Shown: positions 35,478 through 45,883, counted from the stretch's first letter. The stretch: DNA of 64,000 bases from Ilumatobacter sp. (GCA_045107155.1 JBGCFW010000126.1:3320-67319), one strand, 5' to 3'. Program-made: numbers and translations. Notes: generated from the letters alone by a model not told the origin.

Positions 35478-36598
35478 CGCACGCCCTGCGGCATCACGAG
35501 TGCTTTGGCGCCAGTGGCCATCTTCGCGTACTGCGCCACGTTGGCCGCATCGACGGCGTCGTCCAGCGAGAGGCGCATGCCGTAGCCACTGGCGAAGGTC
35601 GTCGTGATCTCGTTGGCGACACGGTCGCGCAAGCGTTGCGCGTCGGCGCCCATCTTGGCGAGGAACGGCGTGAGCAGCCAGCCTCCGACCGACCAGCCGA
35701 GGCCGAACGAGCGATTGAGGACTGTGGGGCTGCGATCGAGCCCGCCGTAGATGTAGGCCTGCTTGAGGGTGTCAGAGCCATAGCGGTTGTACTCCGCACC
35801 CTCGGTGGCCACCTTCTCCATCCGGCCGAGGATCGTCCCGACGAGGTCCCCACCACCGATCGCATCGAACACGATGGTTGCCTTCGTGGCGCGAAGGGCG
35901 TCGGTCAGATCGTCGACGAACGAGTCGGAACTGGAATCGACCACGTGAGTCGCGCCCTGGCTCTTGAGCATCTCGACGTGTTCGGGCTTGCGCACGATGT
36001 TGACGAGGTCAACGCCGTCGTCGTTGCAGATCCGCTGCAACATCTGACCGAGGTTGGAGGCACCGACGGTGTGCACGATCGCGGTGTGTCCCTCGCCGCG
36101 CATCGTCTCGCCCATGCCGAGTGCCGTGAGCGGGTTGACGAACGACGATGCGGCGTCCACCGGGTCGGTGCCCTCGGGCATCGGGAGGCAGGCCATCACA
36201 TGGACCACTCGGTACTCGGCGTATGCATCGCCTGACACGAATCCCACCGTGCGGCCGATCAGCGCTTGCGCCGCGTCCGACGACCCCGCCGCCACGACGA
36301 CGCCGCCGCCTTCGTTGCCGGCCACCAGCGCCTTGTCGAACCGCGCTTTGAGTGCACCGAGACCCTCGATGATCGGTGCGCTCGTCGACCCCTCACCGTT
36401 GGTGAACGACGCTGGGTCGGCATTCGCGACGAGGAGCGCGAGGTCACTCGGATTGATCGGCGCTGCCTCGATTCGGACGACGACCTGATCGGGTCCGGGC
36501 GTCGGGAGGGCAGCCTCGTGGAGCGCGAGCGAGATCGTGCCGTCGTCGGAGACGGTCGATCTGAGCTCGCGGGTCGTGGAGGGGACGAAGTCGGTCAT
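35474..36598 (-). CDS. MDR-family (zinc-binding dehydrogenase-like) NAD(P)H oxidoreductase
   Basis: EAAPINPSDL, GNEGGG, VNPLTALGM, ASNLGQML. Confidence 0.85.
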   Translation of the reverse strand: MTDFVPSTTRELRSTVSDDGTISLALHEAALPTPGPDQVVVRIEAAPINPSDLALLVANADPASFTNGEGSTSAPIIEGLGALKARFDKALVAGNEGGGVVVAAGSSDAAQALIGRTVGFVSGDAYAEYRVVHVMACLPMPEGTDPVDAASSFVNPLTALGMGETMRGEGHTAIVHTVGASNLGQMLQRICNDDGVDLVNIVRKPEHVEMLKSQGATHVVDSSSDSFVDDLTDALRATKATIVFDAIGGGDLVGTILGRMEKVATEGAEYNRYGSDTLKQAYIYGGLDRSPTVLNRSFGLGWSVGGWLLTPFLAKMGADAQRLRDRVANEITTTFASGYGMRLSLDDAVDAANVAQYAKMATGAKALVMPQGVR

Positions 36599-36652
36599 CG
36601 CGCCATCCTGGCGCATCTTGGACGCTCCGGAGGACTCGGCCAAGATGACAGG

Positions 36653-37639
36653 GTGACTCCGGCCGACGATCTCATGCAACAGGCCGTGCGCGCTGCTGAC
36701 GAGGTGCGTTGCCACACGTCACCGAACCCGTGGGTGGGCGCTGCGATCGTGGTCGGCGACCTCGTCTGGTCCGGCGGCACCGAACCACCGGGCGGCGCGC
36801 ATGCGGAGGTCGTGGCGATGCGCCGAGCGATCGCGGACGGTGCTGACCTCCGCGGCGCGACCCTCGCGACCACCCTCGAGCCATGTGCACACACCGGGCG
36901 CACCGGCCCGTGCACCGAGGCGATCATCGAGGCGGGCATCGGCCGAGTGTTCGTCGCGCTCGAAGACCCTGACCCACAGGTCGCAGGCCGTGGGATCGCG
37001 GCGCTTCGCGCCGCAGGGATCGATGTCGTCGTCGGCGTGGGGGCCGAGCCTGTCGAAGCTCAGCTCGCCGCGTACCTGCACCATCGTCGCACCGGCCGCC
37101 CCTACGTCGTGCTGAAGATCGCGGCCACACTCGACGGTCGAACCGCTGCAGCTGACGGCTCCAGCCAGTGGATCACGAGCCACGAGGCACGAATCGATAC
37201 CCGTCGGATCCGAGCCGAGAGCCAGGCGATCCTGGTGGGCGCCGGCACGGTCCGCGCCGACGACCCGTCGCTCACGGTCCGGTTCTTCGACGGACCCGAT
37301 CCCCGCCGAATCGTCCTCGGGACTGCGCCCGCAGGTGCGAAGGTCCACCCGTGCACCGAGTGGCGCGGTGACTTGGCCGACCTACTCGACGAACTCGGCG
37401 GTGAGGGAGTGTTGCAGCTGATGGTGGAGGGTGGGGCCAACACCGCCGCCCAGTTCCACGCCGAGGGCCTCGTCGACCGCTACGTCGTCTACGTCGCACC
37501 GGCCCTTGCGGGCGGCGATGACGCTCGTTCGATGTTCGTCGGCGCCGGAGCCCCGACGATCGATGTCCTCACCCGCGGACGCTTCGCGGGAGTCGAACGT
37601 TTCGGCGACGACCTCCGCATCGAACTCGTCGTCGACTGA
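36653..37639 (+). CDS. ribD: Bifunctional riboflavin deaminase/reductase
   Basis: PNPWVGA, HAE, TLEPC.H.GRTGPC, AATLDG, SQWIT, VEGG. Confidence 0.95.
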   Translation: MTPADDLMQQAVRAADEVRCHTSPNPWVGAAIVVGDLVWSGGTEPPGGAHAEVVAMRRAIADGADLRGATLATTLEPCAHTGRTGPCTEAIIEAGIGRVFVALEDPDPQVAGRGIAALRAAGIDVVVGVGAEPVEAQLAAYLHHRRTGRPYVVLKIAATLDGRTAAADGSSQWITSHEARIDTRRIRAESQAILVGAGTVRADDPSLTVRFFDGPDPRRIVLGTAPAGAKVHPCTEWRGDLADLLDELGGEGVLQLMVEGGANTAAQFHAEGLVDRYVVYVAPALAGGDDARSMFVGAGAPTIDVLTRGRFAGVERFGDDLRIELVVD

Positions 37640-37679
37640 GCACACCGGGTCGAGCGTGCCCGACCCACTCGGAAACGTC

Positions 37680-38279
37680 TCAACCGATGTGGTCGAGACG
37701 GCGGCGCTTCGATTCGAGATAGGCGCGCGACTGCGGCGTGTGGGCGACATCGATCGGGACCATCTCCTCGACGACGACGCCGTGCTCGGCGATCCCGGAC
37801 GCCTTCGCGGGATTGTTCGAGATGAGACGAACAGATCGCACGCCGAGGTCGAGCAGGATCGCCGCGGCGACGTCGTACCGGCGTGCGTCGACCGGAAGCC
37901 CTTGCGCGGTGTTCGCATCGACCGTGTCGAGACCCTGGTCCTGGAGTTCGTACGCCTTGATCTTGTTCGCGATGCCGATCCCGCGACCCTCGTGACCGCG
38001 GAGGTAGACCACCACACCGGCCCGCCCGTCACCGGCTTCGACGAGAATCGCCTGCCTCGCCGCGGCGAGCTGCTCACCGCAGTCGCACTTCGCCGAACCG
38101 AGCACGTCACCGGTGAGGCACTCACTGTGCAGCCGGACGAGCACGGGTTGCGACGACTCGACCGACGGATCGCCGGCGATCAGCGCCACGTGTTCGTGGC
38201 CGTCGGCGGCCCGGTACGAGACGATCCGGAAGTCGCCGACGTCGGTCGGGAGTTGCGCATCACCGACCCGCTCGATCAC
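37680..38279 (-). CDS. ribA: GTP cyclohydrolase II
   Basis: VRLHSECLTGDVLGSAKCDCG, EGRGIG..NK..AY.LQD, SNNP.K. Confidence 0.95.
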   Translation of the reverse strand: MIERVGDAQLPTDVGDFRIVSYRAADGHEHVALIAGDPSVESSQPVLVRLHSECLTGDVLGSAKCDCGEQLAAARQAILVEAGDGRAGVVVYLRGHEGRGIGIANKIKAYELQDQGLDTVDANTAQGLPVDARRYDVAAAILLDLGVRSVRLISNNPAKASGIAEHGVVVEEMVPIDVAHTPQSRAYLESKRRRLDHIG

Positions 38280-40687
38280 ACAGCCACCCGGCCGTAGTTG
38301 GTCGTGCGCTGCGCGAGCGGGCGGCCGAGCGTCTCGGCGAATTCGGCGAACTTGTCACCAGTCATCGCCTGTCCGTGACTCGCACCGGCCGCTCGGGAGA
38401 TGTTCTCGTCCATCAGCGTGCCGCCCAGGTCATTGCACCCGGCGTTCATCATCTGCGCAGTCCCGGCCAGACCGATCTTGACCCAGCTCGCCTGAACGTT
38501 CGGAATGAGCTCGCCGTAGGCGAGACGGGCAACAGCATGGACGAGCAGATTCTCTCGGAACGTCGGCCCGCGACGCGCCTTGCGCTGGAGGTAGATCGGC
38601 GATGCCATGTGCACGAACGGCAGCCCGACGAACTCGGTGAACCCGACCCGGCCGGCCGCCACGTTCTCCTTCTGAAGGTCGCGAGTTCGCACGAAGTGGC
38701 GTGCCTGATGGATCGTTTCCTCGACGGCGCCGAACATCATCGTGACGTTCGAGTGCAGCCCGATCGAGTGTGCGGCTCGGTGGGCCTCGAGCCACTCTTC
38801 GGTGTTCACCTTGTCGGGGCACAAGATCGCCCGAGCTTCGTCGTCGAGGATCTCTGCGGCCGTGCCCGGCAACGAGGCGAGGCCGACGTCCTTGAGGCGC
38901 TGCAGGTAGGTGGGAAGGTCCTCGCCCAGCCGTCGAGCCCCTTCGGTGACCTCGAGTGCGGTGAAGCCATGCACGTGCATGTCGGGGACGGCGCCCTTCC
39001 CCGCCTTGGTGACATCGATGTAGTAGTCACCGTCGAAGTCCGGGTGGATGCCACCCTGCAAGGTGACTTCGGTGGCGCCGAGATCCCAGCCCTCCCTCGC
39101 CCGCTCCGCGATGTCATCGAGCGTGAGCAGATACGGAGTGCCCCGCAGGTTGAGCGACAGCGGACCCTTCGAGAAGCCGCAGAACTTGCACTTGAACGTG
39201 CACACGTTCGTGTAGTTGATGTTGCGGTTGGCCACCCAGGTGAGTGTGTCGCCGGCGATCTCCTGACGTCGCCGATCGGCCAATGCGGCAACGGCGGCCA
39301 CCTCCGACCCACGCGCCTCCAACAGGGTGACGATCTCGTCGACATCAGGCTCCTCGCCCGCCTCGATCCCGCGCAGCACCTCGGCGACAGGCCCCTGGGC
39401 GACCGTGCTCGGGGGCTGACTGGCAGCGAGGTCGGCACCATCGCGAGTCGAGTTCGCGACGAGCAGAGGCGGCGCTGTGTCGGGCCCGGATCCCGAATAC
39501 CAGGAGGTCGACCGGTGTCCGACGAGGACGAACTCGGCGCCGTCGGCGACCGTGTCGGCCGCCGTGGTCTTCTCGGGCCAGAACTGGCCGGGATCGTCGC
39601 GGCCGAGCCACTCGGTGTCGGCACGGTCCATGACCGGGAAGTGCAACGACTCGTCGAGCCAGCGAACGCGCTCCCGGACGAACTCGGGGTACACGGTCAA
39701 CCGCGGAGCCAGCACGTGACCGCGAGCCTCGGTGACCTCGCGCAATCGGTCGAGGTCGGGCCACGGACGTTCCGGGTTGACGTGATCGGCGGTGACCGGT
39801 GAAACGCCGCCCCAGTCGTCGATCCCTGCATCGAGCAGCGAACCGAAGTCATCGGACAGGTTGGGGGGCGCCTGCAGATGCACCTCGGGCGGCAGGATCA
39901 GGCGGGCGGCGGCGAGCGTCCACAAGTAGTCGTCGCTCGGGCACGCACGCTCGCCGCGCATCCGTGTGTTCGACTTGGGCAGAAAGTTCTGCACGATGAC
40001 TTCTTGCACGTGGCCGTGCCGTGCGTGCGACTCGGCGATTGCTTCGAGTCCGGCGAGTTGATCGGCGCGGGTGTCGCCGATGCCGATCAGGATCCCGGTG
40101 GTGAACGGGATCTGCAGCGAACCAGCAGCCTCGAGCGTGGCCAAGCGGCGCTCGGGGGTCTTGTCCGGCGCACCACGATGACAATCGAGGTCGGGCGCGA
40201 CCGACTCGATCATCATTCCCTGACTCGGGCTGAACGGGCGCAGGCGCGCAAGTTCATCTTTCGTGAGGGCACCTGCATTGGCGTGTGGAAGCAGCCCGGT
40301 CTCGCGGAGTACGAGTTCGGCCATCTCGGCCACGTAGTGCACCGTCGAGTCGTAGCCCCGCTCGGTCAACCAGTCGCGGGCCACGTCATAGCGGTCCTCC
40401 GGCCGTTCACCGAGCGTGAACAGCGCTTCGTGGCAACCCCGCCGTGCGCCCTGCCGAGCGATCTTGAGCACGTCGTCGGGTTCGAGGAACAGCTTCTCGA
40501 CGCGTGCCGGCGGCTGCGCGAACGTGCAGTAGCCACACGTGTCGTTGCACAAGAACGTGAGCGGGATGAACACCTTGGGGCTGTACGTGACCCGCGTTCC
40601 GTATGTTTCGTCGCGCCGGGCTGATGCCAGCGCCATCAGGTCGTCGAGCGACTCGCTCAGCAGTGGGTGATCGATGGGCTGACTCAT
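38276..40687 (-). CDS. fbiC: Bifunctional FO synthase (CofG-CofH fusion)
   Basis: Two radical-SAM motifs (CNDTCGYC, CTFKCKFC); TYSPKVFIPLT, DDWGGVSP, NRNINYTN, DLGGTLMDE. Confidence 0.95.
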   Translation of the reverse strand: MSQPIDHPLLSESLDDLMALASARRDETYGTRVTYSPKVFIPLTFLCNDTCGYCTFAQPPARVEKLFLEPDDVLKIARQGARRGCHEALFTLGERPEDRYDVARDWLTERGYDSTVHYVAEMAELVLRETGLLPHANAGALTKDELARLRPFSPSQGMMIESVAPDLDCHRGAPDKTPERRLATLEAAGSLQIPFTTGILIGIGDTRADQLAGLEAIAESHARHGHVQEVIVQNFLPKSNTRMRGERACPSDDYLWTLAAARLILPPEVHLQAPPNLSDDFGSLLDAGIDDWGGVSPVTADHVNPERPWPDLDRLREVTEARGHVLAPRLTVYPEFVRERVRWLDESLHFPVMDRADTEWLGRDDPGQFWPEKTTAADTVADGAEFVLVGHRSTSWYSGSGPDTAPPLLVANSTRDGADLAASQPPSTVAQGPVAEVLRGIEAGEEPDVDEIVTLLEARGSEVAAVAALADRRRQEIAGDTLTWVANRNINYTNVCTFKCKFCGFSKGPLSLNLRGTPYLLTLDDIAERAREGWDLGATEVTLQGGIHPDFDGDYYIDVTKAGKGAVPDMHVHGFTALEVTEGARRLGEDLPTYLQRLKDVGLASLPGTAAEILDDEARAILCPDKVNTEEWLEAHRAAHSIGLHSNVTMMFGAVEETIHQARHFVRTRDLQKENVAAGRVGFTEFVGLPFVHMASPIYLQRKARRGPTFRENLLVHAVARLAYGELIPNVQASWVKIGLAGTAQMMNAGCNDLGGTLMDENISRAAGASHGQAMTGDKFAEFAETLGRPLAQRTTNYGRVAV

Positions 40688-41124
40688 GTGGGGCCTCCGG
40701 GTCGGCTGGCGATGTCGTAGGGCGTGAAGGTCTCGTCGCACTCCCAGCACACGAACTGCTGGTCGTGGGGATGTCCGCAGGCGTCGTGCACCAGCACGGT
40801 CGGTGCATCACCGTGGGACAACCACTGGTCGCCCCAGCGCATCAGCGCGACGAGTGCAGGCGACAACGCCACACCCATTTCGGTGAGGCGGTACTCGTAG
40901 CGCGGTGGGCGTTCGCAGTAGAGGTGTCGGGCGAAGACACCGTGCTCGACGAGCCCCTTCAGCCGTTCGGTGAGCACCGGTTTCGCGATGTCGAGGTGCT
41001 GTTGGAACTCGCCGAAGCGCCGGGTGCCGCGGAACGCCTCGCGCAAGATGAGCATCGTCCAACGGTCACCGAGCACGTCGAGGCTCGCCTGGATCGAGCA
41101 GGCGGGTGTGTCGATCTGCGTCAT
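40684..41124 (-). CDS. HxlR-family winged-helix regulator
   Basis: CSIQASLDVLGDRWTMLILRE, RYEYRLTEMG, C-terminal H..CG...C..C; ATGA overlap with fbiC. Confidence 0.9.
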   Translation of the reverse strand: MTQIDTPACSIQASLDVLGDRWTMLILREAFRGTRRFGEFQQHLDIAKPVLTERLKGLVEHGVFARHLYCERPPRYEYRLTEMGVALSPALVALMRWGDQWLSHGDAPTVLVHDACGHPHDQQFVCWECDETFTPYDIASRPGGPT

Positions 41125-41144
41125 GTCAGAGCACACCATACGTG

Positions 41145-41185
41145 GGTTCTGAATCCGAACCAAGTCGGTCCGAATCCCGAACCGA
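41145..41185. promoter_or_regulatory. Tandem palindromic operators (candidate HxlR sites)
   Basis: GGTTC-N7-GAACC (41145-41161) and GGTCC-N7-GAACC (41167-41183), 22-bp period. Confidence 0.6.
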
Positions 41186-41209
41186 CCCGCTCCGGTATCG
41201 TCCAGCATC

Positions 41210-41935
41210 GTGACGACTCACGACCACACACACCCGCACGGGCACATGGTTCACCGCCACCGCGACGTGAGCGGCGGGACTGCACGCGCTGCCGTGTTCG
41301 GCGTGAGCGATGGGCTCGTCTCCAACGTCGCCCTCATTCTCGGCGTGGCAGCTGCGGCGTCGGAACGCTCGAACGTCCTCGTCGCGGGCGTTGCTGGTCT
41401 TCTCGCCGGCGCCGCCTCGATGGCAGCCGGCGAATACGTGTCGATGAAGGCCCAGTCCGAACTCGTCGAGCGTGAGCTCGAGATCGAGCGCCGATCGATC
41501 GAGCGACAACCTGAAGCCGAGACTCGCGAGCTCGCGGCGATCTACCGAGCGCGCGGACTCGACGAAGACTTGGCGACCGAGATGGCCGAAGCAGTGATGG
41601 ACGACCCGGACGTCGCACTCGAAGTGCACGCTCGCGAGGAGCTGGGCGTCGACCCCGACGAGACCGGCAACGCCGTCGGGGCGGCCCTCAGTTCCTTCGT
41701 CGCATTTTCGATCGGCGCCATCATTCCGCTGCTTCCGTGGTTCTTCGACGAGGGCAACGGCGCGATCGTCGCCAGTGCGCTGCTGGGTCTCGTTGCGGCA
41801 GCGGCGGTGGGCGCAACGCTCGCTGTGTTCACGGAACGCTCGATCGTGCGCACTGCCGGCCGCCAGGTCGGTTGGGCTGTCGTGGCGTGCACCGTCACCT
41901 GGTTCATCGGCAGCTGGCTGGGCGCCGTGGTCTGA
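41210..41935 (+). CDS. VIT1/CCC1 family Fe/Mn transporter
   Basis: VFGVSDGLVSN, SMAAGEYVS, AREELG; His-rich N-terminus. Confidence 0.92.
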   Translation: MTTHDHTHPHGHMVHRHRDVSGGTARAAVFGVSDGLVSNVALILGVAAAASERSNVLVAGVAGLLAGAASMAAGEYVSMKAQSELVERELEIERRSIERQPEAETRELAAIYRARGLDEDLATEMAEAVMDDPDVALEVHAREELGVDPDETGNAVGAALSSFVAFSIGAIIPLLPWFFDEGNGAIVASALLGLVAAAAVGATLAVFTERSIVRTAGRQVGWAVVACTVTWFIGSWLGAVV

Positions 41936-41943
41936 CCGAGCGC

Positions 41944-43152
41944 TCAGTCGGGCAGCTTCGGCACGCCCAGATCAGGGTCGGAGCCGAGGTTGGTCGCCCG
42001 CGTGAGGCTCGCCGCGCCGAATCGCTCGCGCACCGCGTCGAGCGCACCATCGACCGGTTCGGCGAGGCCTGCATCGAGCGGAAGTGCGAGCTGAGTTCCT
42101 CCCGCCCGGCGATCATCGACGAGGTTGCCCACCGACAGCCCGAGCATCGTGAGCCCGCGCTCGTCGATCAACGGCCACGCAGCATCGAGCAGAGCCCTCG
42201 CAACGGCACCGACGGAACCCGTCGCCGACGTCGGCTGCGGAAGCGACGACGCTCGCGTGATGCGCGTGAAGTCGTCGAACCGGAATCGAAGCGTGACGGT
42301 GCGTCCCGATCGTTCGGCTCGACGCATCCGACGGGTGACCCGATCGACGATGCCGGCGAGGATCACCTGCAACTCCTCGAGTTCTCGACGGCCACGCCGC
42401 AGCGCCTGTTGCGATCCGATCGATCCACGCCGCCTCCCGGTGGTCACCCGCCGCGCATCGACGTTGTGGGCAAGGGCGTGGAGTTGTCGCCCAGATGCCT
42501 TCCCCACCAGCGAGACGAGGACTTCGCGATCGAGTGCGGCCACTTCACCAACCGTGCGGATTCCACGGGCTTCGAGTTTGTCGGCGGTGATCGCGCCCAC
42601 GCCCCACAGCTTCTGGACCGGCAATGGGTGCAAGAAGTCGAGTTCCGCATCGGGGTCGACGCGGAGCAGCCCATCGGGCTTGCCGACACCGCTCGCGACC
42701 TTGGCGAGGAACTTCGTGCGAGCGACGCCGACCGTGATCGGGAGTCCGACCTGCTCGCGGACGCGACGTCGCAGATCGACCGCGATCGCCTCGGGCGATT
42801 CGGCGATGCGCCGCATGCCCGACACGTCAAGAAATGCTTCGTCGATCGAGATCCCCTCGACGATCGGTGTGGTGTCGTCGAATGCTGCGAACACCGCCTT
42901 GCTCGCCGCCGAGTAGGCCTCGAACCGGGCCGGAACGACGATCAGGTCAGGGCACAGCCTGCGCGCTGCGTATTCGGACATCGCGGTGCGTACGCCGAAT
43001 CGCTTGGCCTCGTAGCTCGCAGCGAGCACCACGCCCCCACCGGCGACCACGGGCTTGCCACGCAACGACGGATCGTCGCGCTGCTCGACGGACGCGTAGA
43101 ACGAGTCGAGGTCGGCGTGAAGGATCGATGCGGCCCACGAATCCACGAACAT
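41944..43152 (-). CDS. dinB: DNA polymerase IV
   Basis: ILHADLDSFYASVE, AASYEAK.FGV, SIDEAFLD, KFLAKVAS...KPDG. Confidence 0.95.
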   Translation of the reverse strand: MFVDSWAASILHADLDSFYASVEQRDDPSLRGKPVVAGGGVVLAASYEAKRFGVRTAMSEYAARRLCPDLIVVPARFEAYSAASKAVFAAFDDTTPIVEGISIDEAFLDVSGMRRIAESPEAIAVDLRRRVREQVGLPITVGVARTKFLAKVASGVGKPDGLLRVDPDAELDFLHPLPVQKLWGVGAITADKLEARGIRTVGEVAALDREVLVSLVGKASGRQLHALAHNVDARRVTTGRRRGSIGSQQALRRGRRELEELQVILAGIVDRVTRRMRRAERSGRTVTLRFRFDDFTRITRASSLPQPTSATGSVGAVARALLDAAWPLIDERGLTMLGLSVGNLVDDRRAGGTQLALPLDAGLAEPVDGALDAVRERFGAASLTRATNLGSDPDLGVPKLPD

Positions 43153-43159
43153 ACGTTCG
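43146..43159. promoter_or_regulatory. LexA SOS box at the dinB start
   Basis: CGAAC-ATAC-GTTCG matches the Gram-positive/actinobacterial consensus CGAAC-N4-GTTCG. Confidence 0.85.
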
Positions 43160-43185
43160 CACACCGCTGAGCTCGACGCAATGCG

Positions 43186-44067
43186 TCACGGCTGTTGCGA
43201 GCGACGTCGAGAGGCGGCGGTCTCGGCATCGACCCGATTGGACGGGGCGAACTTGAGCCACGCCAGACCGCCAACACCGAGCGCCCCGCTCAGCCACATC
43301 CACGGCTCGAACGACCCGTCCAGCGCCGAAGCGACCGGGACGAACGCCGCCATACCGGCAACCGACCATTGCCAGATCGGCGGTCCGGCGTGATCCAGGA
43401 TCTCCGCGACGTCCAACCGATCCGGCTCGCGCTCTATTGCGATCCGGGCGTGAGCACCTGCGCCGGGCACGTCGCCGGTGCCGAGCATCGCTTCACTCAG
43501 GATCGCGTGTCCGTCAGCGCTGTCGGGTTCGATCGCGAGCCCGCGCTCGGCCGCCAACTTCGCCGCGGTCCACTCTCGGCCGATGAGCGCGACACGGGCG
43601 GCCAGAAAGTGCGGCTCCGCCGACTCCGGGGACTGGAGTGAGGCGCTGTGCGCGGCCTGTTCGGCCGCGTCGAGCGCAGCCCTCTGTTCCTTCGATCGTG
43701 CGGCGAGCGACGCCGCGAGTGCGGCACGCGTCTCGGCGCTCAGGCACAACGAGGCGAAACCACCTGGGTCGAGGCGCACCGCCGCATCCGACGCGTCGAC
43801 CGCTGCCGGCCACTCGCGGCTGGCCAGCAAGGAGCACGCGAGAAGGCGATGCAGCAAGGCGGAACCCGGGAGCTCCGAGACTCCGAACTGCGCCTGCTCC
43901 CGTGCTCCATCGACGTCGCCGAGTTGGATCAACGCGTCGATCAGCAGCGCGCGATACCGCTCGTGATACGGCGTGGTCGCGAGACCCTGTCGAGCCGCCG
44001 CCACCACGTCGTCGGCGCGGCCGTCGTCCAGCATCGCATGCAGCCGTTCGAACTCGCCATCGTTCAT
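43186..44067 (-). CDS. Tetratricopeptide-repeat protein with two C-terminal TM helices
   Basis: Repeated A..LDP / AIEPD / AIEREPD helical units. Confidence 0.75.
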   Translation of the reverse strand: MNDGEFERLHAMLDDGRADDVVAAARQGLATTPYHERYRALLIDALIQLGDVDGAREQAQFGVSELPGSALLHRLLACSLLASREWPAAVDASDAAVRLDPGGFASLCLSAETRAALAASLAARSKEQRAALDAAEQAAHSASLQSPESAEPHFLAARVALIGREWTAAKLAAERGLAIEPDSADGHAILSEAMLGTGDVPGAGAHARIAIEREPDRLDVAEILDHAGPPIWQWSVAGMAAFVPVASALDGSFEPWMWLSGALGVGGLAWLKFAPSNRVDAETAASRRRSQQP

Positions 44068-44112
44068 GACTGCGTCGCCCGTCGCACTCGACGATGATGC
44101 CAGACTCGGCTC

Positions 44113-45192
44113 ATGACCGGATCGCCGCGCCCCGCTCTCGACGTCCTCCCCGTTTACCAGCCCGGGCGTTCCGCGGAGCAGGTGGCAGCGGAGTACGGAA
44201 TCGGCGACGTGATCAAGCTGGCGTCGAACGAGCTCCCGTACGGTCCGCTTCCGGCAGTGGCGGGCGCGATCTCGGCGGGCATCGAGCGGATCCATCTCTA
44301 CGCCGACAGCCGCGCCACCGAGCTCCGCGAGACGATCGCTGCGTTCCACGGCGTGGAGACCGGACAGGTGACGGTGTCGAACGGATCGGTCACCATCTTG
44401 CAGCAGCTCGCACTCTCGTACGTCGATGCAGGTGAGCAGATCGCAATGTGCTGGCCGTCATTCGAGGCATACCCGCTGTTCGCGATGCTCGTCGCCGCCG
44501 AAGAGGTGCGGGTTCCAGTGGTCGACGAGACGTTCGATCTCGGTGCGCTGGCCGATGCCGTGACCGACACGACGAAGATCGTGCTCGTCACGAACCCGAA
44601 CAACCCGACCGGCACCACCGTCGCGACCGCCGAGATCCGCACGCTCTGCGAGCGGGTCCCATCGACCTGTCTCGTGGTGGTCGACGAGGCCTATGCCGAG
44701 TTCGTCACCGATCCCGCGGTCACCGACGCGACGGCGCTCCTCGAAGACTTCAGCAACGTCGTCGTAACCAGGACGTTCTCGAAAGCTCACGGACTTGCGG
44801 GACTGCGGGTCGGCTACGCCCTCGCTCACCCGGATGTGATCGCGACGCTCGACAAGACCTTCGTTCCGTTCGCCGTCAACGAACTCGCCCAGCGTGCGGC
44901 GATCGCAAGCCTCGGAGCAACCGACGAGATGCGCGAACGCGTCGCCCGGGTCACCGCCGAACGCGATCGGGTCGCCGACGCGCTGCGGGCGAGCGGTTGG
45001 GTCGTACCCGACGCGCAGGCGAACTTCGTGTGGCTCCCGATCGGTGACGCCGCCGCGGCGACCGGAGAGCGCCTCGAGCGGGCCGGCGTCGTGACGCGAG
45101 CGTTTCCGGGCGTCGGAATCCGAGTCACGGTCGGCGATCGCGCGATGAACGACCGCTTCCTCGCGACCCTCGGACGGCCCGACGGGTCCTGA
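44113..45192 (+). CDS. hisC: Histidinol-phosphate / aromatic aminotransferase (HisC/Pat family)
   Basis: KLASNE, NPNNPTG, DEAYAEF, RTFSKAHGLAGLRVGY. Confidence 0.85.
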   Translation: MTGSPRPALDVLPVYQPGRSAEQVAAEYGIGDVIKLASNELPYGPLPAVAGAISAGIERIHLYADSRATELRETIAAFHGVETGQVTVSNGSVTILQQLALSYVDAGEQIAMCWPSFEAYPLFAMLVAAEEVRVPVVDETFDLGALADAVTDTTKIVLVTNPNNPTGTTVATAEIRTLCERVPSTCLVVVDEAYAEFVTDPAVTDATALLEDFSNVVVTRTFSKAHGLAGLRVGYALAHPDVIATLDKTFVPFAVNELAQRAAIASLGATDEMRERVARVTAERDRVADALRASGWVVPDAQANFVWLPIGDAAAATGERLERAGVVTRAFPGVGIRVTVGDRAMNDRFLATLGRPDGS

Positions 45193-45855
45193 TCAGCGGA
45201 TCGGGTTCTTGTAGGTGTCCAGGTAGGTGATCTCGGCGACGTCGTCACGCTTCGCGGCTTTGAAGTCGGTGCCCGTCGTGTACGCCACGGGCAAGAGACC
45301 TGCTTGGCTCAAGTGCGCCGGGATCCCCAGCAGGTCCGCAGCCTCCTCTTCAGCTCCGAGGTGGAGCGTCGTGTAGCAGCTGCCGAGACCTCGGCTGCGC
45401 AGTGCCAGCTGGAGGCTCCACATGGCGGGCAGGATCGTTCCGTACGGCCCCGCCGCTGCGTTGTTGATCGGCGCACCGGCCTCGACGGCGTCCTCGAGCC
45501 GACCGATGATCAGCGGGATCACGAACACGGGGACTTTGTCGAGGTTCTGCGCGAGGTAGTTCGCCGAGTCCATGACGCGGGCACTCTGGGTACCGGCCGG
45601 CGTGTTCGCCGCTGCCTCGGCCAGGTAGTCGCCGCCCACGCGGCGGTAGATCTCGGCGAGCGCCGTCTTCTTCTCCTGGTCGCGAACGATCATCCATCTC
45701 CAGCCCTGGCGATTCGAGCCGGTCGGAGCCTGGACGGCGAGCTGCAGGCACTCGAGCAACACCTCGTCGGGAACTTCGCGTTCGAGATCGAGCCGCTTGC
45801 GGACGGCTCGGGTGGTGGAGAGCAGTGCGTCGGTCTGGTCGAGGTCGAAGTCCAT
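45193..45855 (-). CDS. Nitroreductase family protein
   Basis: TTRAVRKRLD, QAPTGSNRQGW, LALRSRGLGS. Confidence 0.9.
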   Translation of the reverse strand: MDFDLDQTDALLSTTRAVRKRLDLEREVPDEVLLECLQLAVQAPTGSNRQGWRWMIVRDQEKKTALAEIYRRVGGDYLAEAAANTPAGTQSARVMDSANYLAQNLDKVPVFVIPLIIGRLEDAVEAGAPINNAAAGPYGTILPAMWSLQLALRSRGLGSCYTTLHLGAEEEAADLLGIPAHLSQAGLLPVAYTTGTDFKAAKRDDVAEITYLDTYKNPIR

Positions 45856-45883
45856 CGAGTCGGTTTAGTCGAGCGGACCGAAC

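Noticed and set aside
43146-43159. Palindrome at dinB as a novel site
   Set aside because: It is the canonical LexA box; listed as a feature.
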